DNA from: the human T2T-CHM13v2.0 reference genome, Homo sapiens
Assembly (NCBI RefSeq): GCF_009914755.1
Contig: NC_060944.1
Strand: one strand, 5' to 3'
Length of the DNA stretch: 64,000 nucleotides
Under the pieces are notes generated by a model. The model was not told the origin of the DNA and ran no database searches. It saw nothing but the letters and a program-made list of their open reading frames with translations. A program made the position numbers and the translations under genes. Position 1 is the first letter of the stretch. Each line of letters opens with the position of its first letter. Shown in pieces: positions 1 to 14,044 of this stretch.

Positions 1-398
<398 letters not shown>

Positions 399-1331
399 CT
401 ATCAGTCACACAGGATGTAGCATTCTGAAGTAGGTTTTAAAATAATCACAAACTATACCTTACTTTTACTGGCTCAGATTCACAAAATTAAGCATGGCTA
501 CTATTGCTTTTTCTTACTAACTTTGTCAAGTGTGTGAATTGTAGTTTCAATGAGATTCTTACCTCTGTGGGGACCAGTCATACTTTTTTTTTTTTAACTC
601 CTCAATGATCTACAGTGACAAAGAATCAGGCGAAACTAAACTGTACCATATCTGCGATATTTATCTGCCTCCATAGTCTATAAAGGCAAAACAAGGGCTG
701 TGGCTGCCATCATCCTCATGTATTCTGAGCTGACCCTGATCCCACAGCAGTTATTTGTCAGATTACCATGGGATCCTACTTCCAGAAATATCATCCCTTG
801 TGCTATTTACAATATATTGGTCATGGGGAGAAACTTAATGCCACCCAGAGACGACTGAAATGACTCTGCCTCCCTGGAGGAATGGCTATCACATTGTGGC
901 AGAGACTCAATGAACAAGACTCCACTACTGTCATAATAAAATTACAAAGTGCGTTAATGCTTGCCAGCCCAGTAAGTCACCATATGCCAGCTATTCAGCT
1001 GCCAACCATGGGTGCCAGGGTCACAGAACAGGGAAAACTCTGCAACAGAAACCCATGGCTGGGTGGCAGACAGACAATGGGCACGGAATTGCCCTTCTTG
1101 AGTTCCCTAGCTGACACTATGAATGCATGAGAGAGCAAGCTGGTCGGGGGGAAAATAATCTCAAGTAGAACTGCACAAGCTTTGTCACTCAACCAAAGTC
1201 TGCTCTGAAGCAAACAGATAAAATAGTTCCTGTCACTTCCTGGCATAAGAACACACGACATTGAGGACAGCAGTAGTTCCTTCACATGTAACCCATCCCA
1301 CTCCAAGAAGTTTTTCCAAAGTACGCCTTAC

Positions 1332-1400
1332 CTGGTCTGGCAACAGAGGCCTGCAGTGCTGTGGTTGAAGTTTCCTTTGAGACTAAATTCTGCGACGGGG
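1332..1400 (-). CDS. NCOA6: NCOA6 coding exon, 69 nt (APSQNLVSKETSTTALQASVARP); gene continues beyond window start
   Basis: ttttccttgccttag acceptor, CAG|GTAAGG donor; open frame. Confidence 0.94.
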
Positions 1401-2504
1401 CTAAGGCAAGGAAAAAAAAATTACAGACCTTTTACTTTCTTTTCTAAACAAAAAGAAAGCATTAACCTAATCAAGGGCTAAGTAACTGCTGAAACAATGT
1501 ACTCTTAGAGGGCAGTACTCAAAATTGGCCTCGAAATTACAAGTACATTTTAAAACTTACTACAAAAATTAATTACCATAACACCCAGTACCAATGACTA
1601 CCATTTAGGGGTATAGGCTCTTCCTTTTTGTATGTATAATAATAAGGGGAAGAGATGGCTATAAGAACATAGCACTCACATTTTCTGCTTCTTGGGGTCA
1701 GGTCCTGACCACTACTTGAAAAAGCCCCAAAGCATATCTTAGTAGGCAACCCAAACCATAGAGGTACAATTATACCATTCCCCTCAGCATTTAAAAAATC
1801 TAGCCTCACTCCCTAAAGACTATACTCTATGAGAGTGGAAATGGTCACATAATTTTGTACTTTTCTATAGCACTTAGCAAAAGTGATGGGCATAAAGCAG
1901 GCATTCAATTCATACATAATAAATAAATAAATTTGATATGTTATTTACTTATCTAACAAATAGTTGCAAAGAACTTACTAGGGGCAAGGCACTGTGCCAG
2001 GTACCCTGAGAGACCAAACTATATCCTCTTGCACATCAGGAACTCAGTCTAGTATTAAAGATAAGATATATACATGTAGTGCACTTGAGTGCACTCTGAT
2101 GTCATATGAAGGAGTCACAAAGTATAAAATACTACAAAAGTCCAAAGCAAGAGTTAGCAATTCTAGGTTGAGAAATCTGAAGGTACATTAAAGGGAGAAA
2201 CATCAGAATCAGGCTTCAAAGGACACAGAGAACTTAGGCCCTTAAGGAATGGAATAAAATATGTAATGCCCTCTAGAAGGGAACCATCCTGGAAGATAAA
2301 GATTATGGCATGGATATGCCACAGTCACATCTTGACATCTCAGTCTAAAATCCGAGATAAACTCTGCAACAACATGTTTTACTCTCTTGTGGAAACTGAA
2401 TTTTGTATATTTCCCTCCCTGCTTAGCAAAGCAGTAAATTATGCATTTGTGTTTAAGAATTTATTTTGGATGCTTATCTGATAAAGCTTAAAACTATATC
2501 TTAA

Positions 2505-2844
<340 letters not shown>

Positions 2845-3379
2845 AATTTCTCATATTTTCAAAGTAAAAGCACAGAAGCCCCTTGAAAAAGAACAGAAAC
2901 AATCACTTATAAGCAAAGTGAGTGTTCTTAACTAAAATTGAGAACTTTTCCCAAGTGCTGGTTCATCTCCTCAAGGCCCACATATTTCTCTAGTATAATA
3001 TATGATCCAGATAAAAATAATTTCTAATTACTTCATCATTTTTCTCTTGATACCAGAGGGAAAAGTCTCCTGAAAGAAGGAGAAATGGAAATACTTAATA
3101 GTGAAGGATATACTTAATTTACACCAGGTTCCCTTTTAATTCTTAGGGTTCATCTACACCAACAGAACTAGAACAATATACAATAAGCACCCAGTCTTGT
3201 GAAGACTGTCTCTTGTAAGAGCAGCAGACTTCTTGAAGGCCTTTATCCTGCCCCCATCTCTCTAACACTGAGGTGAAGAGGCAGAGAGAAGGGGAATTAA
3301 CCTTTCCAGAGCTCTGCGTGAGGCAGTGTGTTGGCCACTTGACAAATCTTCTCATTGAGTCCTCTCTCAGAATCCTAAA

Positions 3380-4440
3380 TTCTGGGAGGTAGAATGTACG
3401 ATCTCCATTTTACAAGTGAAATACATGGCTTAGGAGAGGTTAAGGAACGTATCAACTGTAACTGGTAACCAGTGGGCTAGAATTTGAACTCTGATCTTAC
3501 CCTGAAGTTTGTGTTCTTTCTGCCTCTCCTCCTGGGTGCTTACCACTCAGTGGTAGGCACTCGAAGCATTTTAGCTGCATAAATAAGATAGGCACTTAAT
3601 TAGCTGGCCTAGGATATCGTAAAGGTCTTTCCCAGCTCTAGCAGTGTGTGACTGACTCCACTCTGGGGAAATAGAGCTTCTTCACTTAAGCCTCACAGGA
3701 GGAGGAACATGTCGGGGAAGGGAAGAAGGGAAGGAGGGGCGGTTGTAAGGACACCTATGCTTCCATCATTAGCCCATCTTAACAGTACATAGGAAATAGC
3801 CTGAACTAGATACACAAATGGAATGTACCAATCAACAAAGAGATTACATCAAAAAGAAACTGGGAATAACAATTTTTACCATTTATTGAATAATAATTAT
3901 ATGCTAGGTTCTGTGCTAAGAATGTTATATGTACTACCTTATTGAATTCTTACAACTATTATTGTTCCATATTACAAAGGAGGAAACCAAAGTCTGGAGT
4001 GGTCAAGTAACTTGCCCAAGCCCATATAGCTGGTAAATGCTGGTGTTATAATACCAACCCAAGCCTACTGGCTCTTGACCACTTTGTTTCTACTGTGTCC
4101 ATTATCATGAAACCCAGTTTTCTTCCAGCTCTCCTCTAGAGTAGCCCAGACAAAAAAAGAATGGTTCCTGAGATAGAGTACAGTGAGAATGGGGCTATGA
4201 GGACCCATTGTTCTGAAATAGTCATGAGCAAATCTTCACCCTGGTAAAGAGAATCTGCAGAAGCTGCTGTTCACACTTAAGGCACAGTGTTAAATGGGAG
4301 GTTCACAGTATAGACTCTGAACAAACACTGAACGTCTTTGAGCTTCAATCTTCTCACCCATACAATGGGGTTAAGAATATCTGACATAGTTGGTATAAAG
4401 ATGATGCAAGACAACATATGTAAAAATGCTTCCTTATAAA
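3380..4440. mobile_element. Several MIR fragments (about 3380-3520, 3890-4100, 4330-4440)
   Basis: MIR core-like motifs, e.g. ccattttacaagtgaaa...ggttaagga and aggaaaccaaag...aagtaacttgcccaag. Confidence 0.65.
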
Positions 4441-4509
4441 TTGAAAAACTTATATAAATGAAAGGTATCATTATTTCAGGAACTCTTTGTTTTGAGAGCC
4501 TTAGCTCTC

Positions 4510-4804
4510 TGTTTTGTTTTTTTCAGACAGAGTCTCGCTCTGTTGCCCAGGCTGGAGTGCAGTGGCATGATCTCAGCTCACTGCAACCTCTGCTCCCAGG
4601 TTCAAGCTATTCTCATGCCTCAGCCTCCTGAGTAGCTGGGATTACAGGTGTGTGCCATCATGCCTGGCTAATTTTTGAATTTTTAGTACAGATGCAGTTT
4701 CACCATGTTGGCCAGGCTGGTCTCGAATTCCTGACCTCAACTGATCCACTCACCTCGGCCTCCCAAAGTGCTGGGATTACAGGCGTGAGCCACCGCACCT
4801 GGCC
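4510..4804 (-). mobile_element. AluS-like
   Basis: Reverse Alu; TSD-like ccttagctctct on both sides. Confidence 0.95.
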
Positions 4805-5004
4805 CTTAGCTCTCTTTAATGAATGCAAACTTAACATGGGATTTAAAAGCATATTTTCCAACGTACTTTCAATAAATAAAACTACTGCTATTGCCATTTA
4901 GCCCATTCTCTTTCCTCCAAGTAAAAAAGGAGTCATGCTTTCTCTTGTGGGATTAGGTCATCAAAAAACTGACACAAAGAGATGATGAAGCCCCAAGTAC
5001 ATAC

Positions 5005-7983
5005 CTATGCTGGGTAGAAGTTCTGGATGGGATCCCACCTTCTCCTCCACTAGGCCACCCGCAAGTGACTCAGATGCTATGCCACCATGATTGCTTTTTG
5101 TGGTCGGTACGGCGGAGATGAGCTCGGAGGGTACCAGAGTGGTTACTATCGAGCGTACACTGGTGGGGAGAGCACCGCCAGGTAAGCTGGGTCCTGCTGA
5201 GGCAGTGCCCGGGCCCACAGGGCTAGAGGTCATTTTTAGCAGAGTGGGTGCTGGGGGCGTTGGGGTTTTACTGTCCAGCTCTGTGGATAACTGCTCTGTT
5301 CCCATGAGCCCCGGAGCTGTGGTGTCTAGCCCTTGGCCTTCAGTCTCTCCATCTGCACCATATTGTTCTTCCCCTTTCTCAAGAGAGCCTGTAACTTTCT
5401 TACATGCCTTGGTCAACAAAATTTGGCCAATTTTGTCCACTTTTCCTTTGCCCTTACTAGACGAGACTGGGCTTCGCCGGTTGCCAGAGGACCCTGGACT
5501 ATTGGTCAAAAGGGGAGAAACCATTGTGGTTGACTGTGAAGAGGGAAGAGTGTTCTGATCTGCTGAGGTGTTCACCTGAGGGCTAGCCTCATCTGGATTC
5601 AATTCTTTCACTTGCTGCACAGGGGGATGAGAAGGGACAACTGGAGAAGACGTACAAGGAGGGGAAGGAAGCTGAACAGGGGTGGCTCGTGAGCTAAGGA
5701 CCAAAGGTCGACCTGTCTGGATGTTTGGAGCAGGACTACTGGAGAGGGCATTAGGCGGTACAGGAGCAGAAGAAAATTTTATGTTCTGAGGTATGTGTAA
5801 AGGGCCAACAACTGCAACAGAGGGAGGCATCAGGCCAGAGTTGGTTGTCAGTGGGGCTGCAGGAATTGTGCTTGGCTGTGATCCTTTCATAACCTGAATT
5901 ATTGAGGATGAATTGATAAAGACAGGTGTAATGAACTGAGGCCGGGCATTAGACTGAGCAGCTGACTGTCCCTCAGAAACCATAACCTTGCTACCCGCAT
6001 TGGGCATTGTGACAACTGTTGACATCAATGCAGACTGCAAGTGAGTTGGCAAAGCTGCTGATGTGTTAGCTGAAGTTGTGATGGGATTGGAAGTGACAAA
6101 TACAGTTATTTGATTTGGGGGCAAGGGAGTGGAAATGGAGGAAGAGCTAACAGGTCTTGACATTACTGGAGGGATGCTTGGTGCAACGTTAGAACTGACC
6201 TCACTCAATTCGGGATGCACAAGGGATGAACACAGCTCATTACTGTGAGGTAAGTTTAGGGAATTAGAAGGTTCTTTAGAAGAAGACAGATCCTGCAGTG
6301 TGGGAATGACAGATGCTTTTTTGAGGTCCTCCCCAGAAACTACTGGAGGTGTTACTTCCAGATCTGTAAGCCCAGGGGGTTTAATTGTCACATTGGGAGC
6401 TCCAGAGTTGTCAAGAAGTTGACTTAACGATGTTGGTGCTTCCCTCATAGCAGGAGACACCAAATTTTTGTTCTCTTCGACACTGGGAAGTTTGTTAGGA
6501 TCCGAAGGCTGCCCATCCTTTTTGGACTGATCTTCAGGGACAACCATTTTAACTTCTTGGGCAGGGACTGCTTTTAGTTCAATGTTTACCTGTTCCTTCC
6601 TACTCTGGGAATTCTGGCAATCACTGTCCTGAGGCACATTCAAGCTCTCCTTGTTATCCTCAACAACACCCCCAACTGCAGCCACAGACACAGTAGAATT
6701 CTGAGGATTCAGCCCACTGTTGTTAGGAAAGCTCCCAGGTACAGGGGGATTGGCCAGAGGAGTGGGACTGACCAATACATTTCTCGGCAACTCCACATTC
6801 TGCAATAGGGCTGCATTTGTCTGAGAGGCCAGAGTAAGTTTAGGGGCTTTTGAATTTTGCCTCCCAGGGCTTGGAGTGGTTTTCCTACTGGACCCAGGAC
6901 TAGACCTGCGACTGTTGCTTGGACTTGCCCGTTTTGTTGCTCCAGAATTAGACTGCTTTCCAGAATTCACTACCACAGAATCTAATTTGTGAGTTTGTGG
7001 GGTAGCAAAATTGGAAGGATTCATGGTAAGATTTGAAGGTGCTTGCCCGATGGCCTTCAAAGTTGTTGGATTTAGGCCTTGTTGATCAAAGCCCCTGTTT
7101 AAATTTGGCCTAGGAGGTAAAGGAATATTAATCTGTGGAGGGAAGAGTCCTGCTATGGAGGCATTGAGTCTTTCTGGTGACAGACTGATTTCTGAAGGTT
7201 CTGTGCTGGGAGGGCGGTTGTTGGGTGTCTGAGGATAATAGGGTCTGGGGCTGGCTCTGTTTGGTGTTTTGGGCCTAGATGTCTGGGTTGGCGCAGCCAC
7301 ATTTGGGAAGTGGTGGCCGTGAGAGCTGGGCAGGGAATTTACAGGGGGTTGCTGGGGAGTTGCACCTTGAGTTGCTGAAAGGGGCGATGGTCCAGGTTTT
7401 GGCCCTGTCATCATTAACTGATTCTGGGGAAGTACTACATGTGAAGGCATGTTGTTTGGGCCTCCTGGGACAGATGGTGCTTCACTGCCACTTGCTTCAG
7501 GGAGTGAGGCCATCTCCGCCAGTGGCGAGCTGGAAGGATTCTGCGGGCTCTCCTGATAGACCATTTTCCTTGAATTGCTTCCCAAGGGAGTATTCACAGG
7601 CATTGGCATTCTTTGTTTATCAGGTGATGGTGGCACGGAGGCAGGTCCTTGCAGACTGACCATGACAGGCACACTGCCACTCTGTTGCATGGGCATTCTC
7701 TGGGAGTCGGGGTTCAGGGGGCCCCTTGGAGGATGGACATTTTGAGAGACTGGAAGCCTAACTGATTTGGGATCCTGCTGCATCATGAGCATCATCATCA
7801 TTTGTTGCTGCTGCTGCTGCTGCTGCTGAGACTGTGGCTGACTGGGAGGTGGTGGCTGCTGCTGCTGAGGCAGTTGTGGCTGTGGCTGCTGCTGTGGTGG
7901 CTGTGGTGGGGGTGCCACATGCTGCATGAGTTGAGGAGGCATCTGCTGAAGTGGCCTCTGTTCAACTGGTTGAGAAGGATAAC
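5005..7983 (-). CDS. NCOA6: NCOA6 giant coding exon, 2979 nt (993 codons), S/P/T-rich, LXXLL-2
   Basis: ORF 4961..7942; ttgttttag acceptor at 7984-5, TAG|GTATGT donor at 5004-3. Confidence 0.97.
6413..6427 (-). other. NCOA6: LXXLL nuclear-receptor box 2 (LSQLL)
   Basis: PTSLSQLLDNS in translation. Confidence 0.9.
7802..7828 (-). repeat. Coding (CAG)7(CAA)2, 9 Gln, followed by (ATG)4
   Basis: Read directly. Confidence 0.95.
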
Positions 7984-9759
7984 CTAAAACAAGCCCCCCA
8001 AATTAGGGAAGTTAGATTTTTCAGCAAGAAAATGTTGCTACCTTTAGAGTATAGCCAAGCAATACTCATCTAGGTGGCACAGACTATGCACAAACAGCTC
8101 AGGCATGCCCACTCCTGGGGCAGGGGGCAGCCCCTCATTACTTGACATAAGCAAAAGGGGCACAGTGCTTAAGGAAGCAAAAAGCAAAGCATCAAAAAAC
8201 CTGGAGCTCCTCGGTGTGTAGGGTCTGAATGAGCCATGACTGTACTAAGAGCCTGATTTTCTGTGCTATGCACTGAAAATGGCTGTGTCTATACCAGCCA
8301 AACATTCAGATGAAATGAGAAAAACTCCATCAACATCAAGTGCCTGGCCACCCAAGATTCAGGTCTCATGTAGTCATAATCAATATTTCAATGTACTTGT
8401 GAATGAAGTAAAGCATTTAGGATTCACTTCTTCTGTTAGCACAGGAATAATTTTTTTAAGATGTGGTTTTGTTGAAAATAACAGCACTGAAGACAGCCTT
8501 TTTATTCTTTCAACAGAAGTAAAATATAAAATTCTAGGATTCAGTTCCTTAAGAAAGAGGAATTTAAAATTATTCCAATTCATTGGCTCCATACACTACG
8601 CCGCATCCTTCAGGCTTAATCCTTTGGGGGAAACCGACTGAATTAAAATTGCCCTTCAGGTGTAAATCAGTTTAATAAACAGTAGGAGCTAATGGAAGCT
8701 GATATACACATTGAAAATAAAATTAGGGCATTGAAGTTTTTATGGATATTAATTTGCACTTACTTTCTTACATGCAAATCTCTATTTGGAGAAATATTTT
8801 CCATGAATCCACAGCTGGAGAATAAGTAAGGCAGAAGCATAGCCCTCAGGAATAAAAAATAATTTTGGGAAAAGAACTCTGAAGGACAATGTCTTCTAGA
8901 TATGCAGAGGGCAACATCTCAAATTATTCTCTTTTTTTGTGAAGATTTTACTTGGCATTTTAGAACCAAAACCTTACAATCAGAAAAGATAAAAAGATAC
9001 GCAAACCAAGAATAACGGTGGTTCTGTGGGAAAAAGTGGGCATACAGCTGGGCATATATGGGATACAATTCCAGTTCCACAAACTAGATTTATTCCATTG
9101 TTGCATGAAGAGTACATTAGGGAGGTTTTAAGAAGGTGTAGGAATAAGAACAACTGGCTCTGGCAGTCAAAAGAAATGCTGACTCAACATTTTCATAGAG
9201 CAGCTACCAAATTTTGTGGGTCAGACTCAGCACTCAATTAATGTCTTCTGGCCAAAGATTTCCATGGTATCAATGAATACAATGTGTAGAATCCAGTTTT
9301 GAAGATTTTTAAAAAAATCCTTTTTTATTTTAGGCCCGAGTAACTTCTTCACCTTTATAAAGCCAATAACATGGCATTTCTATGGTTCAACTGTCCTTTC
9401 GACTACATAGTCAAATACAGTGGGTTCCTATTTTTCACATTCAGTCTGGGGTTCCCACATTAAGAAATTTGTAATTGCTACAAAAGCCTGTTGATGTCAG
9501 GGTTATGACATGGATGCCTTTTATCTTTAAAATCAGCCCACCAGACAGTAAATACCAAAGAGGACAGCATAGACAATATAGCAGCCTCTCAAAAGTAACA
9601 GTTAAGGGCATGGCTGCTACAGAGTCCAGAAGCTGGAGGCAGCAGTCCAAAAGGCACTAATGATAAGACAGATTGGGGCTGACGTGACAGAATGGTGAAG
9701 AGGGAAAGCCAGGACACACATAGTGCCCATAACACAATCACAAACTGAATTTATTACTC

Positions 9760-9975
9760 AGGGAATGCAAACTCCTATGCCTTTAGGGGCCAGGCAGGTA
9801 GTAGAGAATAGAAGTGGACTGGTATAAGACAGCAGGAGTCCTGTCAACAGTGCCAAACTGCAGAGCAGATGCCCTATTTAAAGGCATTTAAACTCGGACT
9901 TTTGTTTAAGACACTGCATAGCAACTCAAAACCATTATAGGCCAAATTCAGCCTGCAGGCCCCCAGTTTGCAGAA
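9760..9975. mobile_element. hAT/Charlie-type MER fragment
   Basis: tgcaaactc...ggggccaggcaggt start and cagtttgca end. Confidence 0.45.
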
Positions 9976-10893
9976 AGAAGGCAATAAATGTATACAAAGA
10001 CCCCTGGGATTCTTATAAGAAGAGTTCAGATGTGTCTGAGGCAAGAAGGCATGTTCCTGCTCTCAATGCCTTCTGGACATACTCCCCAAAGACTGATGAC
10101 CTCCCAGTCTCAGCTATGCTGCTGCATCTCACTGACGGGAAGTGTGATATGCCCAAATAATTTGTAATAAATAACACAAAGTATTGATATCATGATGGAT
10201 TTAGCTTTTTGTTTGGATTCAATTTTAAAATACATAAATTAGGGGTAGATTAAAGGTTACTCCTAAAATAATGTCGCTCTCATTTTCATGCCAAAAAGAA
10301 GTTGAAATAACTAGTGAGGAAGAAACAAAACATACCCTCTGTACACACAGGGGAGAGTGGCCTAAGTGTGAAGGGTTGTGTATCTTCAACCGTGTCATAG
10401 GGGAATAAAGTTACAAGTCATTGCTCAGGCCAAGATAACCAGGTATAGAGATATTGTGGCAGCTGGCCTTGGTTCTATAATATCTAGGTTTGAATGAATT
10501 AATTTTAGGAGCTTTTCCATCTTTGACATAATTTTTCAACATTTAAAGGATAGTATTATTTTATAATCAGAGAGGATACAACAAAGGGGGCTTCCAATAT
10601 TGGTCCTATTTATTATAAATTATTAACCTATGTGGTAGATACATGGGTGTCTCTTTTATTCTTTATATCTTCTTTATATTTTAAAGACTCATTAATGAAA
10701 CTTCTATAAAAAAGATCATCTTGTTTTAAACCCTGGTAGTTCCCTGCTTTGAGAAGCCCCAGGAAGAAACGCTGCAGGAAAGGCAGGCAAGCAGGATTAG
10801 AGTGAAATCATCTCTCCATTTAATCTTATCCTGTTCTGATGCCAACTAGAATCTTGACATTGACAAGAATAAAGAGGCACTTCACATTTCATG

Positions 10894-11185
10894 GTTTTTT
10901 TTTTTTTTTTTGAGACAGGGTCCCAGGCTGGAGTGCAGTGGCATGATCATGGCTCACTGCAACTTCGACTTCCTGGGCTCAGGTGATGCTCCCACCTCAG
11001 CCTCCTGAGTAGCTGGGACTATAGGTGCGTGTCACCACACCTGGCTAATTTTTAAAAAATTTTTAGTAGAGACAAGGTTTCACCATGTTGCCCAGGCTGG
11101 TCTTGAACACTTGCGCTCAAGCGATCTGCTCATCTTGGCCTCCCAAAGTGCTGTGATTACAGGTGGATGAGCCATCATGCCCAAC
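10894..11185 (-). mobile_element. AluJ-like
   Basis: Reverse Alu; TSD-like cacatttca. Confidence 0.92.
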
Positions 11186-11448
11186 CACATTTCAGTCCGA
11201 TTTTATGAGGACTTAAAATAACAAAGACAAATTTGAATAGAATGTGTGTGTGTATGTGCCTTCAAAAGTTATATTTGAAATTTTTACTTAATATCAAGGC
11301 AAAGCTTCCAAATACCAGACACATTAAATCACTGAAGTAGACTAGTTAGCAGATAAAATAAAATACTATTGTTTCCTCGAAGACATGGAAGCCTTGTAAT
11401 GCCACATGCACATGTAATAAGTATATAATCTAGCTAACATTTTATCAC

Positions 11449-11570
11449 CTGGTGGCCGGTTTGAAAATTCTGGCAGTTTAGGGCCTGAGTTATCCAAGTT
11501 AATTCCTTGTTCTCCAGGCAACGGTGGCTGATCAGCCTCTTCCAGACCAGCTGGGCGAGTATCTGGGGTG
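11449..11570 (-). CDS. NCOA6: NCOA6 coding exon, 122 nt (NTPDTRPAGLEE...NRPP)
   Basis: Translated by hand; (T)22ag acceptor, CAG|GTGATA donor; restores phase 1. Confidence 0.95.
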
Positions 11571-12499
11571 CTAAAAAAAAAAAAAAAAAAAAAAGTGACA
11601 TATTTTAGAATAAGTTGTATAGAAAATACACAAAACTAGCTTAACCCTTCCCCTATTTCTGAAGAACTAAAATGTTTGCATTACCATTATTCATCTCTCT
11701 CTAGTCTAGATAAAATATTAAATATTGGCATAAAAATAATCTGGCAATTTCATTAAATGTTAAAATCCATTTAATCTAACAGCACTGTATTTACTCAGAA
11801 TGCTTTCCACAAATTCCTGGTGCAATAATTTTCATGTAATCACCCATTCCTTAGCTGTTTTAAGACCTGATCATAGGACTATCAATGTTACAAGGTACTG
11901 TTCCTGTGAAACCACACTATCTTCAATGTAGCGATCAAATTCAACTAGGGGGTCTGATTGTTTCTTTTTTGTGGATATAACAGTGGGGGCTCAATTCATA
12001 ACACCTTGCAAAAGGTTGTATAGGTTGGCTGATGGTATTCAGAGAACAAAGAAAGATTGAGACCACCACCACAAAGATTTTGCTGCAGAATGAGAATTTG
12101 CAGACATCTCTATTTGCTTTGAGATGCCTTTGCTTTTACCTGGGTGTAGCTTAAAATTTTTAGTAAGGAAGAAAAAAATGAAGAAATTGTAGCTACTAAC
12201 ACCCACATTCTCAAAGAACAAGACTGGTCACGGGCCTCATTTTGTTTGTAATCTCAGTACTAATTGTACTTTTCTTTTCTATCTTTAGTTTCCCTTTGCC
12301 CTGATTTTGTTCACCCACTTTTAGGTAGTGTTTTGTCTCATTATACTCTGTACAGTTTCATAAGCCACAAAAATCCACTTTAAAAGCCTCCCAGCAAATG
12401 GAAATTTAGAACCTGAAGCAGATCGTCAGCACATCCAGACCTATAACAATTTGCTCCTTGTAAGACTTCTCTCTCACTTTAAATTACAGGCAAGGATTC

Positions 12500-12680
12500 A
12501 GTGGTAACCTTTACTTTCAGAAAATTGTAGAGATAAGAAATCTCAGATATCTGGTCCAGCCCCATCATGTTATGAATGAGAAAACTAAGGCCCAAAAAGG
12601 TGTATGAAACAGGCCCAAGATTCCACAGTGAAGTAGTGGTAGAGCTGGAAGCAGGTACTTTTCCTGTAAATCCACTGTCT
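12500..12680 (+). mobile_element. MIR fragment
   Basis: gtccagccccatc...atgagaaaactaaggccca. Confidence 0.6.
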
Positions 12681-13589
12681 CCCTTTCCTGGGAGTCCTGA
12701 TGCTGTGTAAGGTCCCTTTCACAATTTGTAGACCTAAGTAACCAATTTCCCTAAGGGCTGGTGAAGATGGCAAAAAATACACACTAGAGGCAACTGAATA
12801 ACCTTGCAATTTTACTCCCAGACTACCGAGAGAATAAAATATTTATTAAATAATTATTCCCATAGGTTGATGCTAGTAAAGAATTTAACTGAGAAAGAGC
12901 TATCAGAAAAATTAGATAATTAAGTTTGAATTCAGGAAAATATAGGTTATCATTAATAATACACCATGATTAGCTTTTAAAGCATAAGATTCAAGAAGAG
13001 GCAAGTGAGCATGATATAATACAGTACAAAGAATGTTGTGGGAAGGCTGGGATAAAGGTAGTTGGTTTAATTTTGAATATTTAAGCTGGTTGAAATAAAG
13101 TTTCTTGATTCTTTTTCTATAATTCTAACAATTTATTTCAATTAACCTGTTTTACATTCATTAGCCATTATTTCCTCATTTATTATTTTTTTATGATTAA
13201 AGGCACAAAATATAGCTCAGTGAATATTCCTTCTGGAAACATTTTATCAAACCCAGAAACACAAATTAATACTTAGCTTCAGGAAATGAAATATAAATTG
13301 TTAATTGCCTTTCCTGCTATGATCTTGCAAAATAACTCACCTGGAGAACGTTTACTGAAAGGGTAACTGATTTAAAAGGTCCAATCATCTTAGCGTGGGG
13401 TTTTAAGCTTCTAGGGATGATAAAGAGCCTTTAAAGGAAAGGCACCTGTGCAAAAAAACCATTTCTATTTGAGAGACAGCAGTAGTTTTAATTTCCAAAA
13501 CACATTTGGCCTCTCTGGTTCCCCAATAGCCATCATAAGCCTAAAGTCAGTGCTTTGTGGAGTTGCCATATGGTAGCACTGGTTACTTT

Positions 13590-13990
13590 TCAGGCTCTGA
13601 TTGCCAAAACCCCCCGACACTGTAAAATTAAGAGATATACCAGCCAATTGCAACATATGAATCTTGTTTGGATCCTTATTTGAACAAATTGTAAGAAAAA
13701 AATTTGAGATAATCAGGGAAGTTTGAACACTGGATATGAGAGTACTAAGGAAGTATTAGTTTTCTAGGTGTGCTAACAATATTGTGCGGGCATATTAAAA
13801 AGTGTCCTTATCTTTTAGAGACACACACTGAAATATTTACCCAGCGAATTTGCTTTGAAATACTCAAAAGGGTAATGGAAGAGAGTACAGATGAAGGCAA
13901 GACAGACTATGAGTTGATAATTATTGAAGCAGGGGGATTTCATTATACTATTCTAGTTTTATATTCTGTAAAATTTTCCATCAAAAAAGT
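13590..13990 (+). mobile_element. Old L1 (L1MC-like) 3' end fragment
   Basis: Resembles the L1M 3'UTR also seen at 60270-60640. Confidence 0.6.
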
Positions 13991-14044
13991 TATCCACACA
14001 GAAAACAAATGAATAAAATTTGAGGCAAAACCATCACAACCTAC

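Noticed and set aside
882-1306. Overlapping 82- and 103-aa intronic ORFs
   Set aside because: No recognisable homology, no convincing splice context, length within chance range
5091-7987. Plus-strand ORFs of 60-155 aa over the giant exon, and similar ones at 14581-15273 and 21933-22712
   Set aside because: Antisense shadows of low-complexity coding exons; poly-Leu is simply the reverse of CAG/CAA; no independent gene signals
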